Assembly: GCA_963744995.1 (NCBI GenBank)
Contig: CAVUWA010000009.1
Coordinates: forward strand, 352,001-416,000
Length of the DNA: 64,000 nt
Direction: 5' to 3'
From: Candidatus Eiseniibacteriota bacterium
GTDB taxonomy: Bacteria > Eisenbacteria > RBG-16-71-46
The position numbers were made by a program, and so were the translations under genes. The notes under the pieces are model-generated. The model was not told the DNA's origin and did no database searches. It saw nothing but the letters and a program-made list of their open reading frames with translations. This document shows positions 18,083 through 28,362 of the stretch, piece by piece; position 1 is the first letter of the stretch; the number at the start of each line of letters is the position of its first letter.

Positions 18083-18580
18083 TTGGGAGCCGTTGACAGC
18101 CCGCAGAAAAAGGACAGAGGCCCCAAGAAGCAGGGCATGTTCTCGAAGAAGAAGCATCGCGTCGGGATCCGCATCGACATGACGCCGTTCGTCGACATTG
18201 CGTTCCTGCTGCTGATCTTCTTCATGACGACCACCGTCTTCCGTACCCCTCAGGCGCTCGAGATCAATCTTCCGCCCGACGAGGACGTGGAGATCAAGAT
18301 CCAGCAGTCGAACGTGCTGAGCGTATACGTCATGGACAACGAGAAGGTGTTCTACAAGCGCGGCGAGGAGCCGTGGACGCGCACGAAGATCGGTGATCTG
18401 GGAACCGTGTTCCGCCGCTATACCGGGGATCCCAAGCTCGTCGTGCTCATCAAAATCAATCGCGAGGCCAAGTTCAACAACATGGTCAAGGCGATCGATC
18501 AGATGGATCAGGCGAAGCTGACCCGCTTCTCACTGGCCACGATGACCGACCAGGACATCAAGGAGGTCGAGGCCCTGTGA
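18083..18580 (+). CDS. exbD: ExbD/TolR family protein 2
   Basis: IDMTPFVDIAFLLLIFFM; TTG start after GGAGG/GAGGG. Confidence 0.88.
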   Translation: MGAVDSPQKKDRGPKKQGMFSKKKHRVGIRIDMTPFVDIAFLLLIFFMTTTVFRTPQALEINLPPDEDVEIKIQQSNVLSVYVMDNEKVFYKRGEEPWTRTKIGDLGTVFRRYTGDPKLVVLIKINREAKFNNMVKAIDQMDQAKLTRFSLATMTDQDIKEVEAL

Positions 18581-19299
18581 CGACGATTCCGGATCCTCTG
18601 TTCGAGTTCATGCCCTACGGGGCGCCCGAACTCAAGGCGGTCGCGAAGAAGTACATGTTCCGCGCGGTGATCATCGGTTGCGGCATCATGATGCTGCTGC
18701 TGCTCCTGTTCACCGGGACGCGGTTCTACCTGGAGCACCGCCCCAAGGAGACGAGCGTCGTGGTGGTTCCCTACCGCGAGCTCGCGGCTCCGCCACCGCT
18801 CACCGAGAAGGTGGCGCCACCGAAGGTGGAGATCGCGCAGCCGGTGGCTCCGCCCACGGTCGGGGTCGCGGTTCCCGTGCCCGACGCGGAGGCCGAGCCG
18901 GAGCAGATCATCGCATCTCAGGAGGAACTGGCGGACATGACGCCGTCGGTCGCCCAGGGTGACGGTGACGGCGACATCGTGGTGGCACCGCCCGACGAGG
19001 ACGCGCTGCCGAAGTTCGGCGAGTACGTCTACGTCGAGGAGCTTCCGGAAGCGATCACCAAGACGGCCCCCATCTACCCTGATCTGGCCCGCGAGGCCGG
19101 CGTGGACGGCACCGTGATGGTGCAGGCCCTGGTCGGCAAGGACGGCAAGGTCAAGGACACGAAGGTGGTGAAGTCGATTCCCATGCTGGACACGGCCGCG
19201 ATCACGGCCGTGAAGCAGTGGGTGTTCAAGCCGGCGCTGTCCAACAACAAGCCCGTCGCGGTATGGGTGGCGGTGCCGGTGACGTTCCGGCTGCACTAG
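18577..19299 (+). CDS. tonB: Energy transducer TonB
   Basis: N-terminal YGAPELK + TM, Pro-rich linker, YPDLAREAGVDGTV...WVFKPA...VPVTFRL C-terminal domain. Confidence 0.9.
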   Translation: MTTIPDPLFEFMPYGAPELKAVAKKYMFRAVIIGCGIMMLLLLLFTGTRFYLEHRPKETSVVVVPYRELAAPPPLTEKVAPPKVEIAQPVAPPTVGVAVPVPDAEAEPEQIIASQEELADMTPSVAQGDGDGDIVVAPPDEDALPKFGEYVYVEELPEAITKTAPIYPDLAREAGVDGTVMVQALVGKDGKVKDTKVVKSIPMLDTAAITAVKQWVFKPALSNNKPVAVWVAVPVTFRLH

Positions 19300-19326
19300 C
19301 GACCCGCAGTCGAACAGCGAGTTTCG

Positions 19327-19359
19327 AGGAGGACCGGGAATCCCCCGGTCCTCCTTTTT
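19327..19359 (+). terminator. Rho-independent terminator
   Basis: AGGAGGACCGGG-aatcc-CCCGGTCCTCCT followed by TTTT. Confidence 0.85.
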
Positions 19360-19463
19360 GCGCTGCACCGGGGTGAGATCGCCGCGACCGCGCGCGGCGC
19401 AGACTTCGTTGCCGGTGGCGGGGGATCTCGTCGCGAATCCCGGACCGGGAGTGGAGTTCCGTC

Positions 19464-20213
19464 ATGCCCATCCCGTTCGCTCTGGTCCCGGACCCGGCGC
19501 CGTGCGCGGTCGCCGGCAGCGGACCGCCTCCGCCGCAGCGCGGCCGTGAGAGCCGCCTCTTCCACGCCTCCGCACTCGCCTCGGCGCTCGCCCTTCTCGC
19601 GTACGGGCTGTTCGCGGCGGCGTGGCCGCTGCTGGTACCGGCGCTCGCCCCGAAGGTGGTGGACATCCCGTATCCGGCGCCGCACGCACCGTTGCCCCCG
19701 CTCGAACAGCCCCGCGCCCAGGGCCGTGAACCCGCGCCGTCACCGCCCCCGGAAACGGCCCCGCCCGAGCCGCACCCCCGGCCGGTCGATCGCGGTGTGG
19801 TGATCCCGGTGGTCGAGCCCGACGCGCCTGCACCGGCGCCCGCGGGCGAGGCGGGCGGGGCCACGACGAAGCCTGTGGCCGGGCCCGCGGGTGCTCCGGC
19901 GGGAGCCGCCCGGGAGTCCGAAGCGGCGAACGACATCGTCACCTACTGGGAGCAGGCGCCCGAGGTGGTGCGCGCGGTGAAGCCCGACTATCCACAGATC
20001 GCGCAGGACGCCGGCGTGTCCGGCACCGTCCTGCTGCAGGTGCTGGTCGGCCGCGACGGGCGGGTCGAGGACGTGAAGGTGGTGCGCTCGATTCCGCTCC
20101 TGGACGGCGCGGCGGCCGAGGCCGCCCGGCGCTGGCGGTTCAGGCCCGCCCTGGTCTCGGGCCGGCCGGTGCGCGTGTGGGTGGCCCTGCCGGTTCGTTT
20201 CAACCTGCACTGA
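19464..20213 (+). CDS. Second TonB family protein
   Basis: TM + Pro/Ala-rich linker + YPQIAQDAGVSGTV...WRFRPA...LPVRFNLH. Confidence 0.82.
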   Translation: MPIPFALVPDPAPCAVAGSGPPPPQRGRESRLFHASALASALALLAYGLFAAAWPLLVPALAPKVVDIPYPAPHAPLPPLEQPRAQGREPAPSPPPETAPPEPHPRPVDRGVVIPVVEPDAPAPAPAGEAGGATTKPVAGPAGAPAGAARESEAANDIVTYWEQAPEVVRAVKPDYPQIAQDAGVSGTVLLQVLVGRDGRVEDVKVVRSIPLLDGAAAEAARRWRFRPALVSGRPVRVWVALPVRFNLH

Positions 20214-20317
20214 GCAGGCGGGCCCCGCGGCTCGCGGGCGGTCCCGTTCGCGGCCGGCGGCGGGCGCCCCCGGCGGGCCGCGCCGGGGGGGCATCTGCCG
20301 CGCCCGTGGGCGCGCGT

Positions 20318-20347
20318 TTGACCGCCGTTTCCCCGCCTCTCTACCCT
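20318..20347 (+). promoter_or_regulatory. Putative sigma70 promoter for the exporter operon
   Basis: TTGACC-18-TACCCT upstream of the Yip1 gene. Confidence 0.45.
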
Positions 20348-20395
20348 GCGGTGGAGTCTGTTCGTCTGCCGCATGAAGAAGACCGGGAGGAGCCC

Positions 20396-21163
20396 ATGTC
20401 CGACGTCCCCGAAACCCCCGAGGCGATCGAGCCGGCCGCGGCCGAGGCGCCGCCGCTCTCGCTGATGGAACGCACCGTGGCCGTGTTCACCCGGCCCGCC
20501 AGCGCCTGGGGCGGGCTCGAAAAGCGTGCGCAGTGGTGGTTCCCGATGCTGGTCGTCGTGGTGGTCTCCATCGCGGTCGGTCTCGCGCTGCATCAGCGCG
20601 CGCTGATCCCGATGATGAGCGAAGCCTGGGAGCAGCAGGTCGCCGACGGGCGCATGACGACGCAGCAGGTCGATCGAATGGTGGAATTCATGTCGGGCCC
20701 TGCCGGCACCGCGATCACCGTGGGGCAGCAGGTCATCGCCGTGCCGCTGGTCCTGCTGTTCATGGCTCTGGTGATCTGGTTCGGTGCGGGTTTCGTGCTC
20801 GGAACCGGGCTCAAGTTCCGCCTCGCGCTCGAGGTGGCGGCATGGGCGGATCTGATCACGATTCCAGCCATCCTGATCAGCGCGGTGATCGGGTGGATGC
20901 GGGAGACCATGCGGGGCGTGCACGTGGGCTTCGGCGCCCTGCTGCCGGTGATGGACGAGCCCACCAAGCTGGGCGTCGCGTTACGCAGCTTCCTGGATGC
21001 GCTGGGACCCCTTTCGATCTGGTTCGTCGCGGTGGCCATCCTCGGCGCGAGCGCCGTGTCCGGCGCCCGGCGCAAGTCGGTGGCGTGGGTGCTGGGCGTG
21101 CTCTACCTTGCGATCGCCCTGTTCATGTCCGCGATGGCCGCGCTGTTCGCGCCGGGGACCTGA
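20396..21163 (+). CDS. Yip1-family membrane protein (YknW-like)
   Basis: VFTRPASAW..L...WWFP N-terminus, about 5 TM helices, PLSIW; GGAGGAG RBS before ATG 20396. Confidence 0.75.
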   Translation: MSDVPETPEAIEPAAAEAPPLSLMERTVAVFTRPASAWGGLEKRAQWWFPMLVVVVVSIAVGLALHQRALIPMMSEAWEQQVADGRMTTQQVDRMVEFMSGPAGTAITVGQQVIAVPLVLLFMALVIWFGAGFVLGTGLKFRLALEVAAWADLITIPAILISAVIGWMRETMRGVHVGFGALLPVMDEPTKLGVALRSFLDALGPLSIWFVAVAILGASAVSGARRKSVAWVLGVLYLAIALFMSAMAALFAPGT

Positions 21164-21252
21164 TCGGCCCTGCAACACTTCGGGGCGTCAACCGTAAGAA
21201 CAATCATGCACGCGTCCGGGGACGGTCCACGGGCGCTCTGACGGAGGGATTC

Positions 21253-22620
21253 ATGAGCGGTTTGGGGCAGAGGGCGCGCTCGCTTGCGCTCGTGGCAGTC
21301 ACGATGGTCTGGGCCGGCGTCGCCTCAGGGCAGACCCTTTCGGTCGACGAGGCGGTACGGATGGCGCTCGAGCACAACGTGGGCATCGTGGGCGCGAAGG
21401 CATCGCTCGACGAGGCGCGCAGCTCGCAGTACTCGGCGCTGGCCGGCGTGCTTCCGAACGTGTCGCTGAACGCCACACGGTCGGGATCCTGGGACAACGG
21501 AGCGACCTCCACGCGCCCGTTCTTCATCAACGGCAGCGTGGTCAATTCGACGACGCCCAAGAGTGACAACGAGTCGTACTCGACCGACCCCACGTTCAAT
21601 GCGAGCTGGCAGGTGCTGAATCTCGCCAGCCTCACGGGCGTCACGGCGTCGCGGACCGGTGTGCGCGCGGCGCAGGACCGCCTGCAGGCGACGCGCAACG
21701 ACGTGTCCTACGAGACGCGACAGAAATATTACGAGGTCGTGCGTGCGGTGCGGACGGCGGACGTGAACGCCAATGCGCTGAGTCTCGCCCGCGACGAGGA
21801 GCGTCGCGTGCGCGCCATGTTCGAAGTCGGCTCGGTGTCGAAGAGCGACCTGCTGCAGGCGCAGGTCCGCACGGCGCAGAGCGAGCTCGATTCACTGGTG
21901 AGCCGCAACGCCGTGCTGTCGAAGCGCATTGCGCTGGCCGACCAGCTGGGCCTGTCCGAGGCGGAGATGGCCCGGGTGGACACCAGCCTCACCACGACCG
22001 CGCAGACGTACGATACGGCGCAGATCATGGAGGAGGCGGCCCGCAACCGTCCGGATCTGGCCGCGGCCCGGGCCGAGAGCAACGCGGCGAAGGCCAGCCT
22101 GCGGGCGGCCAATTTCCGGCGCCTGCCGTACCTCTCACTGGGCGGCAGCGCGACCTTCAATCCCAGAACCAGCAGCGTCTCGACGTTCAGCGATACGGCG
22201 CTGTCGCTGGCCTCGTCGAGCAAGAGCGACAGCCGCTATTCGGCGAGCGTCAGCGTCAACTGGAACATCTTCGACGGCCTGGCGACCGACGCGGCGATCG
22301 CCTCGGCACGCGCGCGGAAGATGCGGGCCGAGAGCGCGTACCAGCAGCTACAGCGCAACCTCGAAGCCGAGGTGCGCCAGGTTCTGCTCGCCTACCGCGA
22401 AGCCACCGAAGGGCTGCGGGTCGCCATTCGCGCGCTGGAATCCGCGGAGGAGAGCCACAAGCTGATCCAGCAGAAGTACAACGTCGGATCGGCCACGATT
22501 CTCGAACTCATCAACGCCCAGGTTCAGCTGCAGCGCGCAGCCAACGACGAGGTGTCCGCGCGCGCCTCGATCAAGGTCGCCGAGGCGGCCGTCGCGCGCG
22601 TGCGTGGCGTGAGCGAATGA
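21253..22620 (+). CDS. TolC-family outer membrane efflux protein
   Basis: Signal peptide, LSVDEAVRMALEHN, YYEVVRA, FEVGSVSKSDLLQAQV, NRPDL, YNVGSATILEL repeats. Confidence 0.9.
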   Translation: MSGLGQRARSLALVAVTMVWAGVASGQTLSVDEAVRMALEHNVGIVGAKASLDEARSSQYSALAGVLPNVSLNATRSGSWDNGATSTRPFFINGSVVNSTTPKSDNESYSTDPTFNASWQVLNLASLTGVTASRTGVRAAQDRLQATRNDVSYETRQKYYEVVRAVRTADVNANALSLARDEERRVRAMFEVGSVSKSDLLQAQVRTAQSELDSLVSRNAVLSKRIALADQLGLSEAEMARVDTSLTTTAQTYDTAQIMEEAARNRPDLAAARAESNAAKASLRAANFRRLPYLSLGGSATFNPRTSSVSTFSDTALSLASSSKSDSRYSASVSVNWNIFDGLATDAAIASARARKMRAESAYQQLQRNLEAEVRQVLLAYREATEGLRVAIRALESAEESHKLIQQKYNVGSATILELINAQVQLQRAANDEVSARASIKVAEAAVARVRGVSE

Positions 22621-22645
22621 CGCGCGACAGGAAGCCGGGGCGCCC

Positions 22646-23923
22646 ATGAAGAAGAAGACCCTGCTGTTCGTCGTTCTCGGCGTGGTGCTGGTGGCGGTCG
22701 TGATCGTCGCCAACGTCATACGGGGCGCCGGCGGCAAGACCACCAGCGTCCAGCTCGCCGCGGTCAAACGTCAGGACATCACCGCCCGGGTACGCGCCCC
22801 CGGCAAGATCGAGCCGCGCACCCAGGTGAAGATCAGCGCCGACGTCGCCGGCAAGGTCGTGCACCTCGCCGTCAAGGAAGGCGACACGGTCAAGCGCGGC
22901 GACCTGATGCTGCAGCTCGACGACACCCAGTACCGCACCGCGTTCGATCAGGCGAAGGCGGCGGTGGCGTCGGCTGAAGCGCGTCTGCGCGAGGCGGAGG
23001 CCGCGCTCAAGGTGGCGGAGACGAACTACGAGCGCCAGAAGTCGCTGTTCGACGAGAAACTGCTCTCGCAGGCGGAGTGGGACCAGGCGACGACCACGAT
23101 CGAGTCGGCGCGGGTGGCGGCGCTCACCGCACGCGAGGAAGTGACCCGTTCACGGGCCGCGCGCGACGCCGCGGCCGACCATCTGAGCAAGTGCCGCTTC
23201 GTGGCCCCGTTCGATGGCGTGGTGAGCGCGCTGTACGTCGAAGAAGGCGAGATCGTGGTGATCGGCACGATGAACAACCCGGGCACGCAGATCCTCACCG
23301 TGTCGGACCTCTCGCGGATGCTGGTCAAGGCCGACGTCGACGAGACCGACGTCGTCGACGTGCGGCTCGGCCAGAAGGCCACGATCACGGTGGATGCGCT
23401 GCCGGACACGACGTTCCAGGGCACGGTGGAGGAGATCGCCAACACCGCCAAGCTCAGCGCGACGTCCGCCGTCGAGGGGCAGACGAACTTCGAGGTCAAG
23501 GTGGTGTTCGACCACACGGTGCCGGAGATCCGCCCCGGGATGACGGCCGACGTGGAGATCGAGACCGCCACGCACAAGGACGCCCTCGGCGTGCCGATCC
23601 AGGCGGTCGTGGTGCGCACCCCGCGCGAGCTGGAGAAGGCCGCCAGGAAGCCGCGCGGCCGGCGCAAGGCGACCGACGCGGATGTCGCTTCGGCCGACTC
23701 GGCGGAGGCGAAGAAGGACGAGGAGATGACGGGGATCTTCGTGGACCGGGACGGGGAGGTGCGCTTCGTGCCCGTCCGCACGGGGCTCGCCAGCGAGACC
23801 ACGATCGAGGTCTTCGGCGACGTCAAGGAAGGCGATCAGGTGGTGTCAGGCCCCTATAAGGCCCTGCGGGAACTCAAGCCGGGAGCGAAGGTCAAGGCCT
23901 CCGGGAAGCGTTCGGGGAACTGA
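22646..23923 (+). CDS. Efflux periplasmic adaptor (MFP, MacA/YknX-like)
   Basis: N-terminal TM, VKEGDTVKRGDLMLQLD, alpha hairpin, APFDGVV, VDETDV, RPGMTADVEI. Confidence 0.92.
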   Translation: MKKKTLLFVVLGVVLVAVVIVANVIRGAGGKTTSVQLAAVKRQDITARVRAPGKIEPRTQVKISADVAGKVVHLAVKEGDTVKRGDLMLQLDDTQYRTAFDQAKAAVASAEARLREAEAALKVAETNYERQKSLFDEKLLSQAEWDQATTTIESARVAALTAREEVTRSRAARDAAADHLSKCRFVAPFDGVVSALYVEEGEIVVIGTMNNPGTQILTVSDLSRMLVKADVDETDVVDVRLGQKATITVDALPDTTFQGTVEEIANTAKLSATSAVEGQTNFEVKVVFDHTVPEIRPGMTADVEIETATHKDALGVPIQAVVVRTPRELEKAARKPRGRRKATDADVASADSAEAKKDEEMTGIFVDRDGEVRFVPVRTGLASETTIEVFGDVKEGDQVVSGPYKALRELKPGAKVKASGKRSGN

Positions 23924-23929
23924 ACGTCC

Positions 23930-24634
23930 ATGCTCATCCAGATCCGGAATCTGAACCGCCACTACGAAGTGGGCAGCGAAAAGGTGCACGCCCTCGACGG
24001 CGTCGATCTCGACATCGAAGCCAACGAGTACGTTGCGATCATGGGGCCCTCCGGCTCCGGCAAGTCGACGCTGATGAACATCCTCGGCTGTCTCGATACG
24101 CCCACGTCCGGCTCCTACTCGCTCAAGGGCCGTGAAATCGGGCGCATGAGCGACGACGAACTGGCGCGGATCCGCAATCAGGAGATCGGCTTCGTGTTCC
24201 AGACGTTCAACCTGCTGCCGCGCGCCGACGCGCTGCACAACGTGGAATTGCCGCTGGTCTATGCGGGCATTCGCCACGAGGAGCGGCGCAAGCGGGCGAA
24301 GGAGGCGCTCGATCTGGTCGGGCTGGGCGACCGCATGAAGCACCGCCCGAACGAGCTCTCCGGCGGGCAGCGCCAGCGTGTCGCCATCGCCCGGGCGCTG
24401 GTGAACCACCCCAGCATCATCCTGGCCGACGAGCCGACCGGCAATCTCGACACGGCGACCGGTGTCGAAATCATGACGGCGTTCGAGCGCATCTGGAAGG
24501 CGGGCAACACGGTCATCCTGGTGACCCACGAGGCCGACATTGCCCGCCACGCCCGCCGGGCCGTCCGCATGCGCGACGGCAAGATCGAGAGCGACGAGTC
24601 CACCGTATCCCCGGCCGCTGCGCCGGCGCCGTGA
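23930..24634 (+). CDS. ABC ATP-binding protein (MacB/LolD-like)
   Basis: [48 protein letters not shown]. Confidence 0.95.
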   Translation: MLIQIRNLNRHYEVGSEKVHALDGVDLDIEANEYVAIMGPSGSGKSTLMNILGCLDTPTSGSYSLKGREIGRMSDDELARIRNQEIGFVFQTFNLLPRADALHNVELPLVYAGIRHEERRKRAKEALDLVGLGDRMKHRPNELSGGQRQRVAIARALVNHPSIILADEPTGNLDTATGVEIMTAFERIWKAGNTVILVTHEADIARHARRAVRMRDGKIESDESTVSPAAAPAP

Positions 24635-25848
24635 ACCTGCGCGAGAGTTCCGGCATCGCGCTCGGAGCGATCCGGGCGAACAAGCTCCGCTCGTTCCTGA
24701 CGCTGCTCGGCACCATCATCGGCGTGGCGTCGGTGATCGCCGTGGTGAGCTTCGTCGAGGGCCTGAACCGCTATGTGACGGACAAGCTCCTCAACGCGGG
24801 CGCCAACGTGTTCGTGGTCGACAAGTACGGTTTCATCACGACGCAGGAGGCCTACGAGGACGCCATGAAGCGCCCCGACGTGCGCCTCGCGGACGCCGAG
24901 GCCATCGCCCGCGGCGTCGAGCACGCCTCGCTCGTGGTGGCGCAGGCAGGCACCCGCGCGCAACTGCGCTACCGCGAGAAGAAGATGGACGGCATCGCGG
25001 TGCGCGGCCGCGGGCCGGGCTACGAGGTTCTCGACGACCTCACGCTGCAGTCGGGACGCCACCTGGTCGAGAACGACGACGCGCGCCGCCGGCTGGTATG
25101 CGTCATCGGCAGCGAGGTCGCGGAGGAGCTGTTTCCGCACGTGGACCCGCTCGGCAAGGTGCTCCGCGCGGGACGGCAGAGCTTCGAGGTGGTCGGGGTG
25201 ATCGCGCCGAAGGGCAAGCTGCTCGGCCAGAGCCAGGACCGCTTCATCGCGATTCCGATTCGCACCTTCCTCAAGTTCAACGGCACGCGCAGCTCGATCG
25301 AGATCGCGGTCAAGAGCGTGGACGCGGCGTCGATCGATCTGGCCCAGGGCGAGGCGCGCGCGGTGATGCGCGGCCGTCACCACCTGACGCCGGGCAAGGA
25401 GGACGACTTCGGCATCACCACCTCCGACACCTACCTCGACCTGTATCGCAATCTCACCGGCGGAATCTTCGTCGTCACGATCGGCGTGGCGGCGATCGCG
25501 ATGCTGGTCGGCGGCATCGTGATCATGAACATCATGCTGGTGTCGGTCACCGAGCGGACCCGGGAGATCGGCGTACGCAAGGCCCTCGGTGCACGGCGCC
25601 GCGACATCCTCACGCAGTTCCTGGTCGAATCCACCACGCTTTCGCTGACCGGCGGCGCAATCGGCGTCGTGCTGGGCGTCTCGCTGGCGCTGCTGGTGGG
25701 GGCGGTGAGCCCGCTGCCGGCCGCGGTGCACGTGCCCGCGGTCATTCTCGGCATCCTGATGTCCACCCTGATCGGCGTGTTCTTCGGTTCGTACCCCGCG
25801 GCGCGGGCCGCGCGGCTCGACCCCGTGGACGCGCTGCGCTACGAGTGA
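24631..25848 (+). CDS. MacB/FtsX-type ABC permease 1 (type A)
   Basis: [58 protein letters not shown]. Confidence 0.92.
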   Translation: MNLRESSGIALGAIRANKLRSFLTLLGTIIGVASVIAVVSFVEGLNRYVTDKLLNAGANVFVVDKYGFITTQEAYEDAMKRPDVRLADAEAIARGVEHASLVVAQAGTRAQLRYREKKMDGIAVRGRGPGYEVLDDLTLQSGRHLVENDDARRRLVCVIGSEVAEELFPHVDPLGKVLRAGRQSFEVVGVIAPKGKLLGQSQDRFIAIPIRTFLKFNGTRSSIEIAVKSVDAASIDLAQGEARAVMRGRHHLTPGKEDDFGITTSDTYLDLYRNLTGGIFVVTIGVAAIAMLVGGIVIMNIMLVSVTERTREIGVRKALGARRRDILTQFLVESTTLSLTGGAIGVVLGVSLALLVGAVSPLPAAVHVPAVILGILMSTLIGVFFGSYPAARAARLDPVDALRYE

Positions 25849-25851
25849 CCC

Positions 25852-27123
25852 GTGAACGCCTTCGAACGAGCGTTCGAGCTGCTGCGGATGTCGAGCCACG
25901 CGCTGGTCGCCAACCGGCTGCGCTCGCTGCTGGCGCTGCTCGGGATCGTCATCGGAGTGGGCACCGTCATCGGTATGGTGGCGCTCATCAACGGCTTCCA
26001 GCGCTCGTTTCAGACCAGCATCCAGTCGCTCGGGAACAACACGATCTACATCCGCCGCATCCGCCCCGGGATCATCATCAACGGCCAGATGCCCGACAGC
26101 CTGAAGCAGCGCAAGGCGTTCACGATGGACGACGCCGCGGCGATTCTCGCGGCGTCGCCGGCGGTCCGGACGGTGGCGCCGTTCAAGTACCCGTACGACG
26201 ACCTCAAGCTCAGCCGGCGCGAGAAGCGCACGCGCACCACCTTCGTGTACGGCACCAACCAGGACTACCTCGTCGCGCACGGCTACGACCTGGCGCGCGG
26301 ACGCTTCTTCACCGCGGAGGAAGTGGCGCGGCGGGCCAACGTCGTGGTGCTTGGCAGCGACACGCGCGAAGCGCTGTTCGGGGGAGCGAGCGGGCTTGGC
26401 CGCACCGTGCACATCGGCACGGTGCCGTTCACGGTGATCGGCGAGTTCGAGCGCAAGGGCAAGTTCCTCGGGAACAACTTCGACGAGGTGGCCACGGTGC
26501 CGTTCACGGTGATCGACAAGTACTGGCAGGCGCCTCTCAACGCGCCGCCGTGGTTCCCGGGCCGCGGCGAGCTGTTCCTCGACGCCGTGGCGATGTCCCC
26601 CGAGCTGACCGCGGAGGCGGAGCGCCAGATCACCGAAGCCCTGCGGGTGCGCCGCAACCTGCCCAACCACAAGAACAACGACTTCGCGATCTTCACCGAC
26701 GACGCGTTCCTGAGCCTCTACCAGCAGGTGACCGGCGGCATCGTGCTGCTGATGACGCTGATCTCGTCGATCGCGCTGGTGGTGGGCGGCATCGGCGTGA
26801 TGAACATCATGCTGGTCGCGGTCACTGAGCGGACCCGCGAGATCGGCGTGCGCAAGGCGCTGGGGGCGCGACGTGTCGAGATCCTCGCTCAGTTCCTGGT
26901 CGAGGCGGTGCTGCTCACCGCGATGGGCGGCCTGATCGGCATCCTGCTCGGCGCGGGGATCTCGGGGCTGGTGCGGCTGGTGAGCCCGCTGCCGACCTAC
27001 GTTTCGGCATGGTCCGTGGTGCTGGGTCTGATGTTCTCGGCGGTGGTCGGCGTGTTCTTCGGCCTCTATCCGGCGATGCGCGCCTCGCGACTGGATCCGG
27101 TCGACTCGCTGCGCTGGGAGTGA
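25852..27123 (+). CDS. MacB/FtsX-type ABC permease 2 (type B)
   Basis: [32 protein letters not shown], ends SLRWE. Confidence 0.92.
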   Translation: MNAFERAFELLRMSSHALVANRLRSLLALLGIVIGVGTVIGMVALINGFQRSFQTSIQSLGNNTIYIRRIRPGIIINGQMPDSLKQRKAFTMDDAAAILAASPAVRTVAPFKYPYDDLKLSRREKRTRTTFVYGTNQDYLVAHGYDLARGRFFTAEEVARRANVVVLGSDTREALFGGASGLGRTVHIGTVPFTVIGEFERKGKFLGNNFDEVATVPFTVIDKYWQAPLNAPPWFPGRGELFLDAVAMSPELTAEAERQITEALRVRRNLPNHKNNDFAIFTDDAFLSLYQQVTGGIVLLMTLISSIALVVGGIGVMNIMLVAVTERTREIGVRKALGARRVEILAQFLVEAVLLTAMGGLIGILLGAGISGLVRLVSPLPTYVSAWSVVLGLMFSAVVGVFFGLYPAMRASRLDPVDSLRWE

Positions 27124-27141
27124 GCGCGGAAGGAGGCACGC

Positions 27142-28362
27142 CTGAACATCCGTGAAAGCGTGGGCATCGCGCTTCATGCGCTGCGTGCGAACAAGATGCG
27201 TTCCTTCCTGACCCTGCTGGGCGTGATCTTCGGCGTGTCCTCGGTGATCGCGGTGATGTCCCTCGTGCAGGGGCTCGATCAGTACGTGGGCCAGCAGCTC
27301 ACCTCTTCGGGATCGAACGTCTTCACCATCGACAAGGTCGGGATTGCCTTCGATCGCGAGAAGATCGACGACATGCTCAAGCGCCGCGACCTGCGCCCGA
27401 GCGACGCCGAGGCCATCGACCGGGCCGCCGAGCACGTGGAAGCGGCGGTGGCGGAGCTCACCGCGTCGTCCACGCTCAAGCGCGGCACCCGCTCGCTGCG
27501 GCAGGTGCCGGTACGCGGCGTGCAGCCCGGCTACATGCTGGTGAGCGATCTCCCGATCGCCCGCGGGCGCCCCCTCAACGAACTCGACGCGCAGACGCGG
27601 GCCCAGGTGTGCGTGATCGGCGACGAGGTCGCGAAGCAGCTGTTCGAAGGCGTCGACCCGCTGGGCCGCGACGTGCGGATCGGCGCCTGGCGGCTGCAGG
27701 TCGTGGGCCTCGGCAAGCACAAGGGGGCTGCCTTCGGTGCCTCGCAGGACATGTACGCGCTGGTGCCGCTGGAGACGTTCCAGAAGATGTTCGGCGGGCG
27801 CAACGAGAGCGTCACGATCACCGTGCGCAGCCTCGGTCAGGACGATTTCAACACGGCCCAGGACGAAGCGCGCGGCATCCTGCGCGCACGCCGCCACGTC
27901 GCCCCGGGGCAGCCGGACGACTTCGAGATCGTCACGCCGAGCATGTACCTGGACCTCTGGCGCAATCTCTCGGGCGCGATCTTCATCGTCATCATCGGTG
28001 TTTCGGTGATCTCGCTGGTGGTGGGCGGTATCGTGATCATGAACATCATGCTGGTCTCGGTCACCGAGCGGACGCGGGAGATCGGGGTGCGCAAGGCGCT
28101 GGGGGCGCGGCGGCGCGACATCCTGTTCCAGTTCCTGATCGAGGCGGTGACGCTGGCGCTGTCCGGCGGCCTGATCGGGCTGCTGCTCGGGATGCTCGGC
28201 AGCGTGCTGATCGGCCTGGTGACGCCGCTGCCGACCTTCGTGAGCCCGCTCGCGGTCGTGCTCGGCATCGGCATGGCCACGCTGGTCGGCGTGTTCTTCG
28301 GCGCCTACCCGGCGGCCCGCGCGGCCCGCCAGGACCCCATCGAGGCATTGCGTTACGAATGA
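27142..28362 (+). CDS. MacB/FtsX-type ABC permease 3 (type A); CTG start at 27142 or GTG at 27160
   Basis: [33 protein letters not shown], ends ALRYE. Confidence 0.9.
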   Translation: MNIRESVGIALHALRANKMRSFLTLLGVIFGVSSVIAVMSLVQGLDQYVGQQLTSSGSNVFTIDKVGIAFDREKIDDMLKRRDLRPSDAEAIDRAAEHVEAAVAELTASSTLKRGTRSLRQVPVRGVQPGYMLVSDLPIARGRPLNELDAQTRAQVCVIGDEVAKQLFEGVDPLGRDVRIGAWRLQVVGLGKHKGAAFGASQDMYALVPLETFQKMFGGRNESVTITVRSLGQDDFNTAQDEARGILRARRHVAPGQPDDFEIVTPSMYLDLWRNLSGAIFIVIIGVSVISLVVGGIVIMNIMLVSVTERTREIGVRKALGARRRDILFQFLIEAVTLALSGGLIGLLLGMLGSVLIGLVTPLPTFVSPLAVVLGIGMATLVGVFFGAYPAARAARQDPIEALRYE

